NCBI GenBank assembly: GCA_034665745.1
Contig: JAXDJJ010000035.1
Coordinates: 16,083 to 80,082 of the forward strand
Direction: 5' to 3'
From: Actinomycetota bacterium
GTDB lineage: Bacteria > Actinomycetota > CADDZG01 > WHSQ01
DNA length: 64,000 nt
The notes under the pieces were generated by a model. The model searched no databases. It saw only the letters and a program-made list of their open reading frames with translations, and had not been told where the DNA came from. The position numbers were made by a program, and so were the translations under genes. Shown one piece after another: positions 10,385 through 19,295 of this stretch; position 1 is the stretch's first letter, and every line of letters begins with the position of its first letter.

Positions 10385-13098
10385 CAGCCCTTCGCTTCGG
10401 CCCAATCCTTGCCGAAGGACGAATCCACTTCGAGCGGGACCTTCATCTCGGCTACCTGGGTCATCTCGCGCTCGACGAGCTCCTTCGCCTTTTCCTGCTC
10501 CTTCTCCGGCACCTCGAAGACGAGTTCGTCGTGCACAGTGAGGATCATCTGGGTCTCTAGGCCCTCCGACGTCATGGCCTTGTCGACGTTGATCATCGCC
10601 AATTTCATGATGTCGGCCGCAGAGCCCTGGATCGGAGCGTTGAGGGCCTGACGTTCACCGATCGCTCTGACGCGTGGGTTCCCGCTCCCGAGCTCCGGCA
10701 GGTATCTACGGCGACCGAACATGGTCGTCGTGAATCCGTCGGTGTGAGCTTGATTGACGATCTCGTCGAGGAAGTCCGCGACCCCCCCGAATTGCTCGAA
10801 GTATGTGTCCATGATCCCTTGGGCCTCGGGGACCTCGATGTTCAATCGCTCGGCGAGGCCGGGGGCACCCATCCCGTACGCGAGTCCGTAGTTGACCATC
10901 TTGGCGGTCGAGCGATGCTTCGTCGTCAGACTCTTCTTGTCGACCTTAAAGATGCGCATCGCCGTTTCCGTGTGCACGTCCTCGTCGGTCTTGAACACTT
11001 CGAGCAGGATCGGGTCCTCTGAAAGGTGCGCCATGACGCGCAGCTCGATCTGCGAATAGTCGACCGAAAGCAACAGGTTGCCCGGCTCGGGGATGAAAGC
11101 CCGGCGGATCTGCTTACCGAGGTCTGTGCGGATCGGGATGTTCATGAGGTTCGGGTTGGTGCTCGACAACCTTCCGGTAGCAGCAACCGTCTGGTCGTAA
11201 GTGGTGTGCACCCGACCGTCGTCAGGGTCAACCAAGGGGGGCAGTGCGTCGATGTAGGTGTTCTTGAGCTTCGCAAGCTCCCGGTAGTCGAGGAGCTTGG
11301 GAACGAACTCATGTTGATCGACAAGCTGTTGCAAGGCTCGAGCGTCGGTAGACAGTCCGGTCTTCGTGCGGCGTGTTGTCTTGAGTCCCAGCTTGTCGTA
11401 GAGGAGCACACGCAATTGGGTCGGCGAGCCGAGGTTGATCCGCTCCCCTGCCAACTCGTAGCACTCCGTCTCGAGCTCGGAGATCCGCTTCTCGAGATCT
11501 CGCCCGATCTCGGCGAGGTAATCGAGGTCGATCTTGATCCCGATCTCTTCCATCGCCGTGAGAATGGGGATCAACGGATGTTCGATCGTCCTGTACAGAT
11601 CATCCATCCCCAAACGGGCCAGCTCGGGTTCCACGGCAGTGGCGATCTCGGCAACGGCGAGAGCACGCAGGCTCGCGTCCTCCGCTTCAACCTCGACCGG
11701 ATCGCCTTCGAGGGCAAGCGAACCCTGGGCAGCGTCGGGATCGCGTTCGACGCCTTCGATCGCTTTCAGCTCTCGGCCCGAATACTTGCGCGCCATCTCC
11801 TCCAAGGAGTAACCGGGCGCGCCGGGATCTAGCAGATAGGTCCCGACGTGGGTGTCCAGGTGGAGTCCCCGCATCGCGATACCTCCCGCGTGCAACGACA
11901 ACAGAGCGGCGCGGCCCCCGTGGACGACCTTCTCTGCCGCGACATCCTCGAGCACCGGTCGGAGCGCTGCCACGGTGTCATCGAGGGTGACGCCATGGGG
12001 GCCGATCGGAACGAAACCAACGTGGCCCTCACCCCACGAGAACGCCAGAGAACGAGGTGCGCCTCGCGGTGTAGCCGGGACGACGTCGATAGCGAAGCGA
12101 TCCGCCTTCTTCAGATGGTCTGCAAGCTGACCCAAGGACGTCGCGGAGTCGAAGACCGTTACATCGATCTCGAACGCGTCGCCCTCGCCTTCGGCTGCCT
12201 CGGGGAGATCCGACATCAACCTCTCGAGAAGCACTCGGAACTCAAGGGACTTGAAGAGCTCGCGAACCTCTTCCATGTCCCACGAACCCATCTTCATCTC
12301 GTCGAGCGCAGTGCTCTCAACGAGGTTCTCGACCAACGCGTCATGTTCGGAGGCAAGGGTGGAGAGTTGTTTGTTGATCGCGACCTGTTCCGCGTGGGCG
12401 GCGAGGTTCTCGGCGAGTTTCGGGGTTTGCTCCGAAGCGTGCGCAACCGCCTCTTCCGCGCTGCCGTATTTCTGAACCAGTTTCGCCGCGGTCTTGGTGC
12501 CCACGCCAGGGACGCCGGGAAGGTTGTCGGAGTTGTCACCTTCGAGTGCCTTCAGGTCCACGTACTTCTCGGGGGGCACGCCGTAGCGCTCTTCGACCGC
12601 TTTCGGGTCCATCTCCACGATGTCTGAGATCCCCCGACGGTTGTAGAGCACGTGGATCTGCTTGTTGGCGAGCTGGAAGAAATCGCGGTCACCTGTGACG
12701 ATCCTCACGTCCACCTCGTCCTCGGCCCGCTTGGCGATGAAAGCGATGATGTCGTCGGCTTCATGGCCGGGGAGTTCGTAGATGGGGATGTGGAGGACCT
12801 TCAGCACCTCACGTACGAGAGGTATCTGCGAAGTGAACGTGTCGGGGGCCTTCGAGCGGTTCGACTTGTACTCGGTGAAGGTCTCGGACCGCTCCAAGGG
12901 CGCAGCCATGTCTAGACAACAGGCGATGTAGTCCGGTTTCTCGTCTTGCATGACTTTGATCAGCATCGAGGTGAAGCCGAAGACGGCGTTCGTATGCGTT
13001 CCGTCGCTCGTCGCAAGGTCCTCGGGGAGAGCGAAGAACGCGCGGAAAGCCAGCGAATAGCCGTCCAGTAAGAGGAGTTTGGGTCGCTTCTTCGCCAT
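10384..13098 (-). CDS. polA: DNA polymerase I
   Basis: 904 aa. 5'-3' exonuclease N-terminus (LLLLDGYSLAFRAFFAL) and polymerase motifs (DYSQIELRVMAH, RSTAKMVNYGLAYG, VHDELVFE). Confidence 0.97.
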   Translation of the reverse strand: MAKKRPKLLLLDGYSLAFRAFFALPEDLATSDGTHTNAVFGFTSMLIKVMQDEKPDYIACCLDMAAPLERSETFTEYKSNRSKAPDTFTSQIPLVREVLKVLHIPIYELPGHEADDIIAFIAKRAEDEVDVRIVTGDRDFFQLANKQIHVLYNRRGISDIVEMDPKAVEERYGVPPEKYVDLKALEGDNSDNLPGVPGVGTKTAAKLVQKYGSAEEAVAHASEQTPKLAENLAAHAEQVAINKQLSTLASEHDALVENLVESTALDEMKMGSWDMEEVRELFKSLEFRVLLERLMSDLPEAAEGEGDAFEIDVTVFDSATSLGQLADHLKKADRFAIDVVPATPRGAPRSLAFSWGEGHVGFVPIGPHGVTLDDTVAALRPVLEDVAAEKVVHGGRAALLSLHAGGIAMRGLHLDTHVGTYLLDPGAPGYSLEEMARKYSGRELKAIEGVERDPDAAQGSLALEGDPVEVEAEDASLRALAVAEIATAVEPELARLGMDDLYRTIEHPLIPILTAMEEIGIKIDLDYLAEIGRDLEKRISELETECYELAGERINLGSPTQLRVLLYDKLGLKTTRRTKTGLSTDARALQQLVDQHEFVPKLLDYRELAKLKNTYIDALPPLVDPDDGRVHTTYDQTVAATGRLSSTNPNLMNIPIRTDLGKQIRRAFIPEPGNLLLSVDYSQIELRVMAHLSEDPILLEVFKTDEDVHTETAMRIFKVDKKSLTTKHRSTAKMVNYGLAYGMGAPGLAERLNIEVPEAQGIMDTYFEQFGGVADFLDEIVNQAHTDGFTTTMFGRRRYLPELGSGNPRVRAIGERQALNAPIQGSAADIMKLAMINVDKAMTSEGLETQMILTVHDELVFEVPEKEQEKAKELVEREMTQVAEMKVPLEVDSSFGKDWAEAKG

Positions 13099-13136
13099 CG
13101 GACCCAGACTACCGGGGCTCTCTTACAATCCGGAGC

Positions 13137-13817
13137 GTGCCTTCACCCGATCTTCGCGAACTGAACCCGGCTTCCAAGGAGTACCTGGAGGCCATCTTCG
13201 AGTTGGGCGAAGAAGGGCGAGAGGTGCTTCAAGCGCGCGTGGGCGAACGACTCGGACTTGCCCCCGCAACGGTTTCCGAAGGGGTCAAGCGTTTGATCTC
13301 GGAGGGTTACGTCACGATCGATCCGTCGCGGGAGTTGGTGCTGACCGAACATGGACGCACGATCGCGGAAGCCTTGGTGCGCCGCCATCGTCTGGCCGAG
13401 CGGATGCTCGTCGACATCCTCGGGATCCAGTGGCACAAGTGTCACGAACAAGCTGAGGACTGGGAGAAAGTCATGACGGTCGAAGTCGAGGAAGCGATCC
13501 TCGCCAAACTCGAAGGGGAGGCGACATGCCCGCATGGCAATCCGATCCCGGGAGCTCCCTCGTCGATCACCTGGGCCGACCTCAAGTCCGTCGCACAGAT
13601 GGATGTCGGTGAAACCTCCCGCCTAACCCGCTTGCTTGAAGACGTCGAGCTCGACGGCGAAGTCCTGAAGTACCTCGAAGATCACAACCTCATGCCCGGT
13701 CGCGACCTCAAGCTCGTCGAGGTAGCTCCGGATGAGACTCGCACCCTCGAGGTCGAGGGCGAACGCGTCGCGCTAGGACATGCCCTCGCGGACAACCTCT
13801 GGGTGCTGCGGAACTAG
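13137..13817 (+). CDS. DtxR/IdeR/MntR-family metal-dependent transcriptional regulator with a C-terminal FeoA/SH3-like domain
   Basis: 226 aa. N-terminal wHTH (EYLEAIFELGEEG), metal-site helix RRHRLAERMLVDILG...WHKCHEQAEDWEKVMT, and a C-terminal SH3-like domain. GTG start. Confidence 0.88.
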   Translation: MPSPDLRELNPASKEYLEAIFELGEEGREVLQARVGERLGLAPATVSEGVKRLISEGYVTIDPSRELVLTEHGRTIAEALVRRHRLAERMLVDILGIQWHKCHEQAEDWEKVMTVEVEEAILAKLEGEATCPHGNPIPGAPSSITWADLKSVAQMDVGETSRLTRLLEDVELDGEVLKYLEDHNLMPGRDLKLVEVAPDETRTLEVEGERVALGHALADNLWVLRN

Positions 13818-13820
13818 GGC

Positions 13821-14681
13821 TTAAGCAGCAGCTTCCATCTGCGCGGCCTTGACCGTCTGAACCGCTGGTACGTGACGGGTCAAGCCGAGGAACGTGCCAC
13901 CGACGGGGATCAGATAGAGGAAGTACACACCGAGCATCTCGATCGATGGTGCCGGAGACCATCCGAAGATGCCCTTCAGGAACTCACCGAACGTCGAGCT
14001 TTCGGGGTTGAGGAAACCGACCGAGCTGATGTCCCACACATGTTCGTTCACGGTTGCCAGATAGCCGGCCTCCTGAAACTCCGCGACCCCTTTGGCAACG
14101 AGGCCGGCAGCGAAGAGGAGCACCAGGATCCCGGTGATCCGGAAGAAGACTCGTAGGTTCACCCTGCGACTGCCCATGTACACGAGATAACCCAAGCCGA
14201 CGGAGATAGCGAGTCCGATGACGCCGCCCATCAGTTGCCCGAGGCTCGAGTGTGTCCCGACACTCGTCGAAACGAGCAGCAGCGCGGTCTCCATCCCTTC
14301 GCGAAGGATCGCTATGAACGCGATCCCTGCGAGAGCCGTGGCGGACCCGGCTGCGACCGCAGCGTCCACTTTGGCGTGCAGGTCACCCTTTATGTAGCGC
14401 GCTTGGCGGGCCATCCAGAACACCATCCATGTCAGCACTCCGGCGGCCGAGAATGCGATGACGCCTTCGAGAGTCATCTCGGCGGTGCCCTCGAGCTCGC
14501 CGAGGACCGTGAAGATCCCCACGCCGGCGAGGAGCGAGATCGCGATAGCTGCACCCGTGCCGTACCAGATGGTCCGGAACTCGCTCTCACGGCCCAATCG
14601 CTTCAGATACGCGAGGATGATGGCGACCACTAGGGCCATCTCGAGGCCTTCACGAAGCGTGATCAGTAGGGTGCTGCCCAC
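13821..14681 (-). CDS. FTR1/EfeU-family high-affinity iron permease
   Basis: 286 aa, about 7 TM segments, with two REGxE motifs (LREGLEMAL, LREGMETAL). GTG start with AGGAGG 8 nt upstream. Confidence 0.88.
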   Translation of the reverse strand: MGSTLLITLREGLEMALVVAIILAYLKRLGRESEFRTIWYGTGAAIAISLLAGVGIFTVLGELEGTAEMTLEGVIAFSAAGVLTWMVFWMARQARYIKGDLHAKVDAAVAAGSATALAGIAFIAILREGMETALLLVSTSVGTHSSLGQLMGGVIGLAISVGLGYLVYMGSRRVNLRVFFRITGILVLLFAAGLVAKGVAEFQEAGYLATVNEHVWDISSVGFLNPESSTFGEFLKGIFGWSPAPSIEMLGVYFLYLIPVGGTFLGLTRHVPAVQTVKAAQMEAAA

Positions 14682-14699
14682 GAAGTGGTCCTCCTAGAG

Positions 14700-14736
14700 T
14701 TAGGTCGTCCGTATCTGCGGGGTTAGGTGTACCTAA
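14700..14736. promoter_or_regulatory. Candidate metalloregulator operator: GTTAGGT half-site plus GTTAGGT-GT-ACCTAAC palindrome
   Basis: The palindrome at 14721-14736 has 7+7 perfect arms, and an extra GTTAGGT lies at 14700-14706. Both sit 20-55 nt upstream of the FTR1 start codon. The arms resemble the TTAGGT/ACCTAA ends of the IdeR/DtxR box. Confidence 0.4.
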
Positions 14737-14823
14737 CACCGCCTCGTTCTGTCAAATGGGGTCGTTGACCGGGTGGCTGGGGGCGGGATACGGTCCCCTA
14801 GACTTCCTCAAGAACCACCTGAG

Positions 14824-14850
14824 CAACGGCGCTCTTGGAGCGCCGTTTTT
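14824..14850 (+). terminator. Rho-independent terminator-like hairpin in the gltB leader
   Basis: aacggcgct(c) ttg (g)agcgccgtt forms a 9-10 bp stem, followed by TTTTTTGTT. It ends 20 nt before the gltB ATG. There is no T-tract on the opposite strand. Confidence 0.6.
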
Positions 14851-14870
14851 TGTTGCCCAGAAAGGGTTCC

Positions 14871-17800
14871 ATGAGCATCTACGACCCAAGCAAAGCAGAG
14901 AGAGATGCCTGCGGGATCGGGTTCCTTGCCGATTCCAGGGGCCGAGCATCGCGCTCGATCGTCGATGGCGCCCTCGAGGCTCTGATGCGCGTCCGTCATC
15001 GGGGAGCCCTCAACGCCGACGCGCTGACCGGCGACGGCGCAGGTGTGCTCCTTCCTCTCCCCCACACTCTTCTCGGGGCTCCGGATCCCGCGCGTTCGGG
15101 AGTCGCGATGTGTTTCCTGGATCCACTCGACCCAGCGGCCGGCCGCACCGCCGTTGAAGAGGCCTGCACTCAGGAGGGGCTGGTACTCACCGCCTGGCGC
15201 AGCGTCCCGATAGACGAAGCTGCCCTCGGCGATCAAGCCAAGATCGGTATGCCTCTGATCGAACAAGCCATCTGTGAGCGCCCCGAAGGATCCGATGAAG
15301 AAGACGGCGAGCGCCGCGCGTTCCGCGCTCGCCGGCGAGCAGAGAACCGAGCACGCGATGAAAGGGTCCGCCTCTATATCGCGTCGTTCTCGTTCCGAAC
15401 GATCACCTACAAAGCTCTCTGTGCCGCGGACCAGCTTGCTGCCTTCTACCCGGACCTCGCCGACGACAGTTACACCGCGTGGTTCGGGATCTTCCATCAG
15501 CGATTCGCTACGAACACGACCCCAACGTGGGAACGAGCACAACCCTTCCGTTTCCTTGCGCACAACGGCGAGATCAACACGATCCGCGGCAATGTTGCGC
15601 TGCTCCGAGCTCGTGAGGGTCACTTCGGTGCCTCCGACCTCGCTCCTGAAGACTTACTTCAGCCGATCGTCGACACGCGCAGCTCGGACTCTGGGATCCT
15701 CGACCAAGCTTTGGAGTTCCTCGTTCGGGGGGGCCGAGATCTGACGCACGCCGCTTCGATGCTCGTACCGCCGGCATGGGAAGAGGTGATGGGGCTCGGC
15801 CAAGAGGTTAAAGACTTCTTCCACTATCACTCGTGCTTGCTCGAGCCGTGGGACGGGCCCGCGGGTCTCGTGTTCTCCGACGGCAAGCGGGTTGCGGCAG
15901 CACTCGATCGCAATGGATTACGTCCACTGCGCGTCTCGATATGTGAAGACGGGCTAGTCGCGTGCTCATCAGAAGCAGGAGCGGTTCCGACGCGGGGGCA
16001 CGGGCGGGTACAGCGTCGCAAGATCGGCCCGGGCGGATCCTTCCTGGTCGATCCTCAGGCAGGCGGCGCACTCGACGACGCCCACATCAAGCAAGGTTTG
16101 GCTAACCGACGTCCGTATGGAGACTGGGTTGCCGAGCATCTCGTCGAATCCTCAACCGGCGAGCCCACACCGGCGTTCCGCGACGACCTCTCGGCTCGTC
16201 AGGTCGCGGCCGGGTACCAGAAGGAAGAGTTTACGGTCATCCTGCGTCCGATGGCGACCGATGGTCACGAACCAACGTCTTCCATGGGAGACGACACCGC
16301 CCAACCACCCCTGGCGGATCACGGTCGGCCAGTGTTCTCGTTCCTGAAACAACGTTTCGCTCAGGTCACGAACCCGCCGATAGATCACCTCCGCGAAAGA
16401 CACGTCATGTCGATCACGACCCGGATCGGAGCACGCGGCCCCCTCTTGCTCGAACGACCCGATTCCGCGGGCCTCCGCGAGTACAGATCGTTCCTGCTGT
16501 TCCCGTCGGAGGTAGGACGCCTTGAAGCGAGCGGCACGGTCATCGACGCCACGTTCGACGTTCTCGAAGGTCCCGATGGCCTAGAGGACGCGTGCAACTC
16601 CACCGCCGCTGCGGCGCAAGCAGCGGTCGCATCGGGGGCCCAGGTGCTGATCGTCAGTGACCGGGCCTCGGGACCAGACCGAGCAGCGATCCCGTCCGCT
16701 CTTGCAGCTGGGGCCATCCACCACCGCCTCCTGAAGTCAGGACTTCGGTCGCAGACGAGCATCGTGGTCGACGCGGACGACCCCCGTGAGACCCACCATG
16801 TTGCCTGTCTGCTGACGAACGGAGCAGATGCGGTCTGTCCGCGCCTCGCACTGGAGTCGATCGCCGAGCTCTCAGCGCGGGGTCGCCTCGGTGGTGACAC
16901 CCCGAACGACAGTGCACAACGCAACTACTTCAGCGCGATCGAGGACGGTTTGCTGAAGGTGATGTCAAAGATGGGCATCTCGACGTTGGACTCCTACCGC
17001 GGAGCTCAGATCATCGAAGCTATGGGAGTCGGCCACGACGTCATCGACCTCTGTTTCCCCGGGGTCGAATCGATGCTCGGGGGTCTGTCGTTCGTCGAGC
17101 TCGGGGCGGATGTCCTTCTCCGTCACGCGGCCGCGTTCGAAGCAAAGCCCGTGCTAGCGAACACCGGATACATCAAGTTCAAGAAGGGCGGCGAGTACCA
17201 CGCCTTCAACCCGAGCGTTCTAGATGGCTTGCACGAGACCGTTGGGCTCAAAGAGACAACCGACGAGATGAAGGCGGCGCACGAGCTCCAGAAAGCGGCC
17301 AAGGGCAGTCCCGACGCGTACGAGAGGTTCGCCGCGCTGGTCAACGAACGGCCGCCTGCCGAGCCGCGCGATCTGCTGGAGTTCGCTCCTACCGGAGTCC
17401 CCATCCCCCTCGATGAGGTCGAGGACGCAACCGCGATAGCGACCCGGTTCTCGACCGGCGCGATGTCGCACGGTGCTCTATCTGCAGAAGCCCACGAAAC
17501 CTTGTCGATCGCGTTGAACATGATCGGGGGTATGGCCAACACCGGCGAGGGCGGTGAAGCCCCTGAGCGTTACCGCGATTCGAGGAACTCCGGCATCAAG
17601 CAGATCGCCTCGGGTCGTTTCGGTGTGACGCCCGAATACCTCGCCTTCGCGAAAGAGCTGCAGATCAAGATGGCGCAGGGTTCGAAGCCGGGTGAGGGAG
17701 GACAGATCCCCGGCGTGAAGGTGACCGAAGAGATCGCGCGCTTGCGGCACACGGTTCCCGGGGTCGCGTTGATCTCTCCCCCGCCACACCACGACATCTA

Positions 17801-19295
17801 CTCGATCGAAGATCTCGCGCAACTCATCTTTGACCTGAAACAAGCGAACAACCGGGCCGACGTATCCGTGAAGCTCGTTGCCTCGGAGGGTGTCGGCACG
17901 ATCGCTGCCGGCGTGGTCAAGGGCCTCGCCGATGTCGTGCACATCTCGGGTGGAGACGGCGGGACCGGTGCCAGCCCGCTGTCCTCGATCAAGAACGCAG
18001 GGATGCCCTGGGAGATCGGGCTTGCCGAGGCACAAGCTGCGTTGGTGCACAACGATCTTCGAGGGCGAGCGCGCGTGCGCGTCGACGGAGGCTTCAAGAC
18101 CGGGCGAGACGTCGTGGTCGCTGCACTCCTCGGCGCCGACGAATTCTCCTTCGGTACCGCGGTCCTCGTTGCTGAGGGGTGCATCCTCGTGCGCACCTGC
18201 CACCGCAACACGTGTCCTGTTGGGATCGCGAGCCAGGATCCTCTCCTGCGTGCGAAATTCGCAGGAACCCCCGAGATGGTGGCGCGCTACCTTCTCCTCG
18301 TCGCCGAAGAAGCGCGGTTGCTGTTGGCGTCCCTGGGCCTGCGATCTATCGCAGAAGCGGTGGGGCGTTCCGACCTGCTGCGAAAGAGGGTCACGGGCGA
18401 TACCCGCGCCGACTCGCTCGATATCGACGTCCTCAGGATCGATCCCGGAGATCACGAGCGGTCGTTCACCGGCTCGCTACCGATCCAGAAACCAAGGTCT
18501 TCCTTGGGTGATCGTCTGTATGACGACGCTATCGACGTTTTGCGCGAGGGCCGCGAAGCCGAGCTCGAGTACACCATCGTTACAGCAGATCGCACCATCG
18601 GAGCTCGACTCGGGTGCGCAATCGGGTTCGAGCTCGGCGTCGCGAAACCGTCCGGCAAGGTGAAAGCTCGATTCGACGGTGAGGCCGGTCAATCATTCGG
18701 AGCGTTCCTCGCCGACGGGATCGAGCTAACGCTGGTCGGTGAAGCCAACGACTACGTCTGTAAGGGGATGGGCGGGGGCCGCGTCGTCATCCGGCCGCCC
18801 GCGAACGATGCCGGTGACCCTTACCTCGTCGGCAACACCGTTCTCTACGGTGCGACCGGGGGGCAGCTCTACATCGCGGGTCGCGCCGGAGAACGCTTCG
18901 CGGTGCGCAACTCGGGTGCCGTCGCGGTGGTCGAAGGAACCGGCGATCACACCTGTGAGTACATGACCGCGGGAGCCGTCGTCATCCTTGGACCGACCGG
19001 CCGCAACTTGGGGGCCGGGATGAGCGGTGGCGAGGCATATGTCTACGACCCGGACACAGAGTTGGACGCGAACCTCAATCACCAACTCGTTGGAACCTAT
19101 GCACCGACCGAGGGACAGCTCGAGTCGTTGCGAAGGATCATCGCCCGTCATCACGACGCGACCGATTCAGCTATCGCCGAAGCCATCCTCGATGACTGGG
19201 AGACGACCTCCGCTCACTTCAAGAGGATCGCCCCGGTAGCAGAGGTTGCGCGCCTAGAAGCCCTCTTCGAAGGCACCGAGGTCTCCTGGGTCTAA
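14871..19295 (+). CDS. gltB: Glutamate synthase large subunit
   Basis: N-terminal Ntn-amidotransferase Cys (MSIYDPSKAERDA/CGIGF), central FMN/Fe-S domain, and a C-terminal GXGXG-repeat domain. Start set to ATG 14871. The ORF-track TTG at 14835 lies inside the terminator hairpin loop. Confidence 0.96.
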   Translation: MSIYDPSKAERDACGIGFLADSRGRASRSIVDGALEALMRVRHRGALNADALTGDGAGVLLPLPHTLLGAPDPARSGVAMCFLDPLDPAAGRTAVEEACTQEGLVLTAWRSVPIDEAALGDQAKIGMPLIEQAICERPEGSDEEDGERRAFRARRRAENRARDERVRLYIASFSFRTITYKALCAADQLAAFYPDLADDSYTAWFGIFHQRFATNTTPTWERAQPFRFLAHNGEINTIRGNVALLRAREGHFGASDLAPEDLLQPIVDTRSSDSGILDQALEFLVRGGRDLTHAASMLVPPAWEEVMGLGQEVKDFFHYHSCLLEPWDGPAGLVFSDGKRVAAALDRNGLRPLRVSICEDGLVACSSEAGAVPTRGHGRVQRRKIGPGGSFLVDPQAGGALDDAHIKQGLANRRPYGDWVAEHLVESSTGEPTPAFRDDLSARQVAAGYQKEEFTVILRPMATDGHEPTSSMGDDTAQPPLADHGRPVFSFLKQRFAQVTNPPIDHLRERHVMSITTRIGARGPLLLERPDSAGLREYRSFLLFPSEVGRLEASGTVIDATFDVLEGPDGLEDACNSTAAAAQAAVASGAQVLIVSDRASGPDRAAIPSALAAGAIHHRLLKSGLRSQTSIVVDADDPRETHHVACLLTNGADAVCPRLALESIAELSARGRLGGDTPNDSAQRNYFSAIEDGLLKVMSKMGISTLDSYRGAQIIEAMGVGHDVIDLCFPGVESMLGGLSFVELGADVLLRHAAAFEAKPVLANTGYIKFKKGGEYHAFNPSVLDGLHETVGLKETTDEMKAAHELQKAAKGSPDAYERFAALVNERPPAEPRDLLEFAPTGVPIPLDEVEDATAIATRFSTGAMSHGALSAEAHETLSIALNMIGGMANTGEGGEAPERYRDSRNSGIKQIASGRFGVTPEYLAFAKELQIKMAQGSKPGEGGQIPGVKVTEEIARLRHTVPGVALISPPPHHDIYSIEDLAQLIFDLKQANNRADVSVKLVASEGVGTIAAGVVKGLADVVHISGGDGGTGASPLSSIKNAGMPWEIGLAEAQAALVHNDLRGRARVRVDGGFKTGRDVVVAALLGADEFSFGTAVLVAEGCILVRTCHRNTCPVGIASQDPLLRAKFAGTPEMVARYLLLVAEEARLLLASLGLRSIAEAVGRSDLLRKRVTGDTRADSLDIDVLRIDPGDHERSFTGSLPIQKPRSSLGDRLYDDAIDVLREGREAELEYTIVTADRTIGARLGCAIGFELGVAKPSGKVKARFDGEAGQSFGAFLADGIELTLVGEANDYVCKGMGGGRVVIRPPANDAGDPYLVGNTVLYGATGGQLYIAGRAGERFAVRNSGAVAVVEGTGDHTCEYMTAGAVVILGPTGRNLGAGMSGGEAYVYDPDTELDANLNHQLVGTYAPTEGQLESLRRIIARHHDATDSAIAEAILDDWETTSAHFKRIAPVAEVARLEALFEGTEVSWV

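Noticed and set aside
14718-14738. Canonical 19-bp IdeR/DtxR iron box.
   Set aside because: Only the outer arms match. The element is a 16-bp 7-2-7 palindrome lacking the central TAG-G-CTA, so I describe it as a variant operator candidate rather than an IdeR box.
14737-14870. Glutamine (glnA-type) riboswitch or leader-peptide attenuation upstream of gltB.
   Set aside because: I see no resemblance to the glnA RNA core as I recall it. The only ORF starting here (14756) runs on into gltB out of frame and has no Glu/Gln codon run. The terminator itself is kept as a finding.
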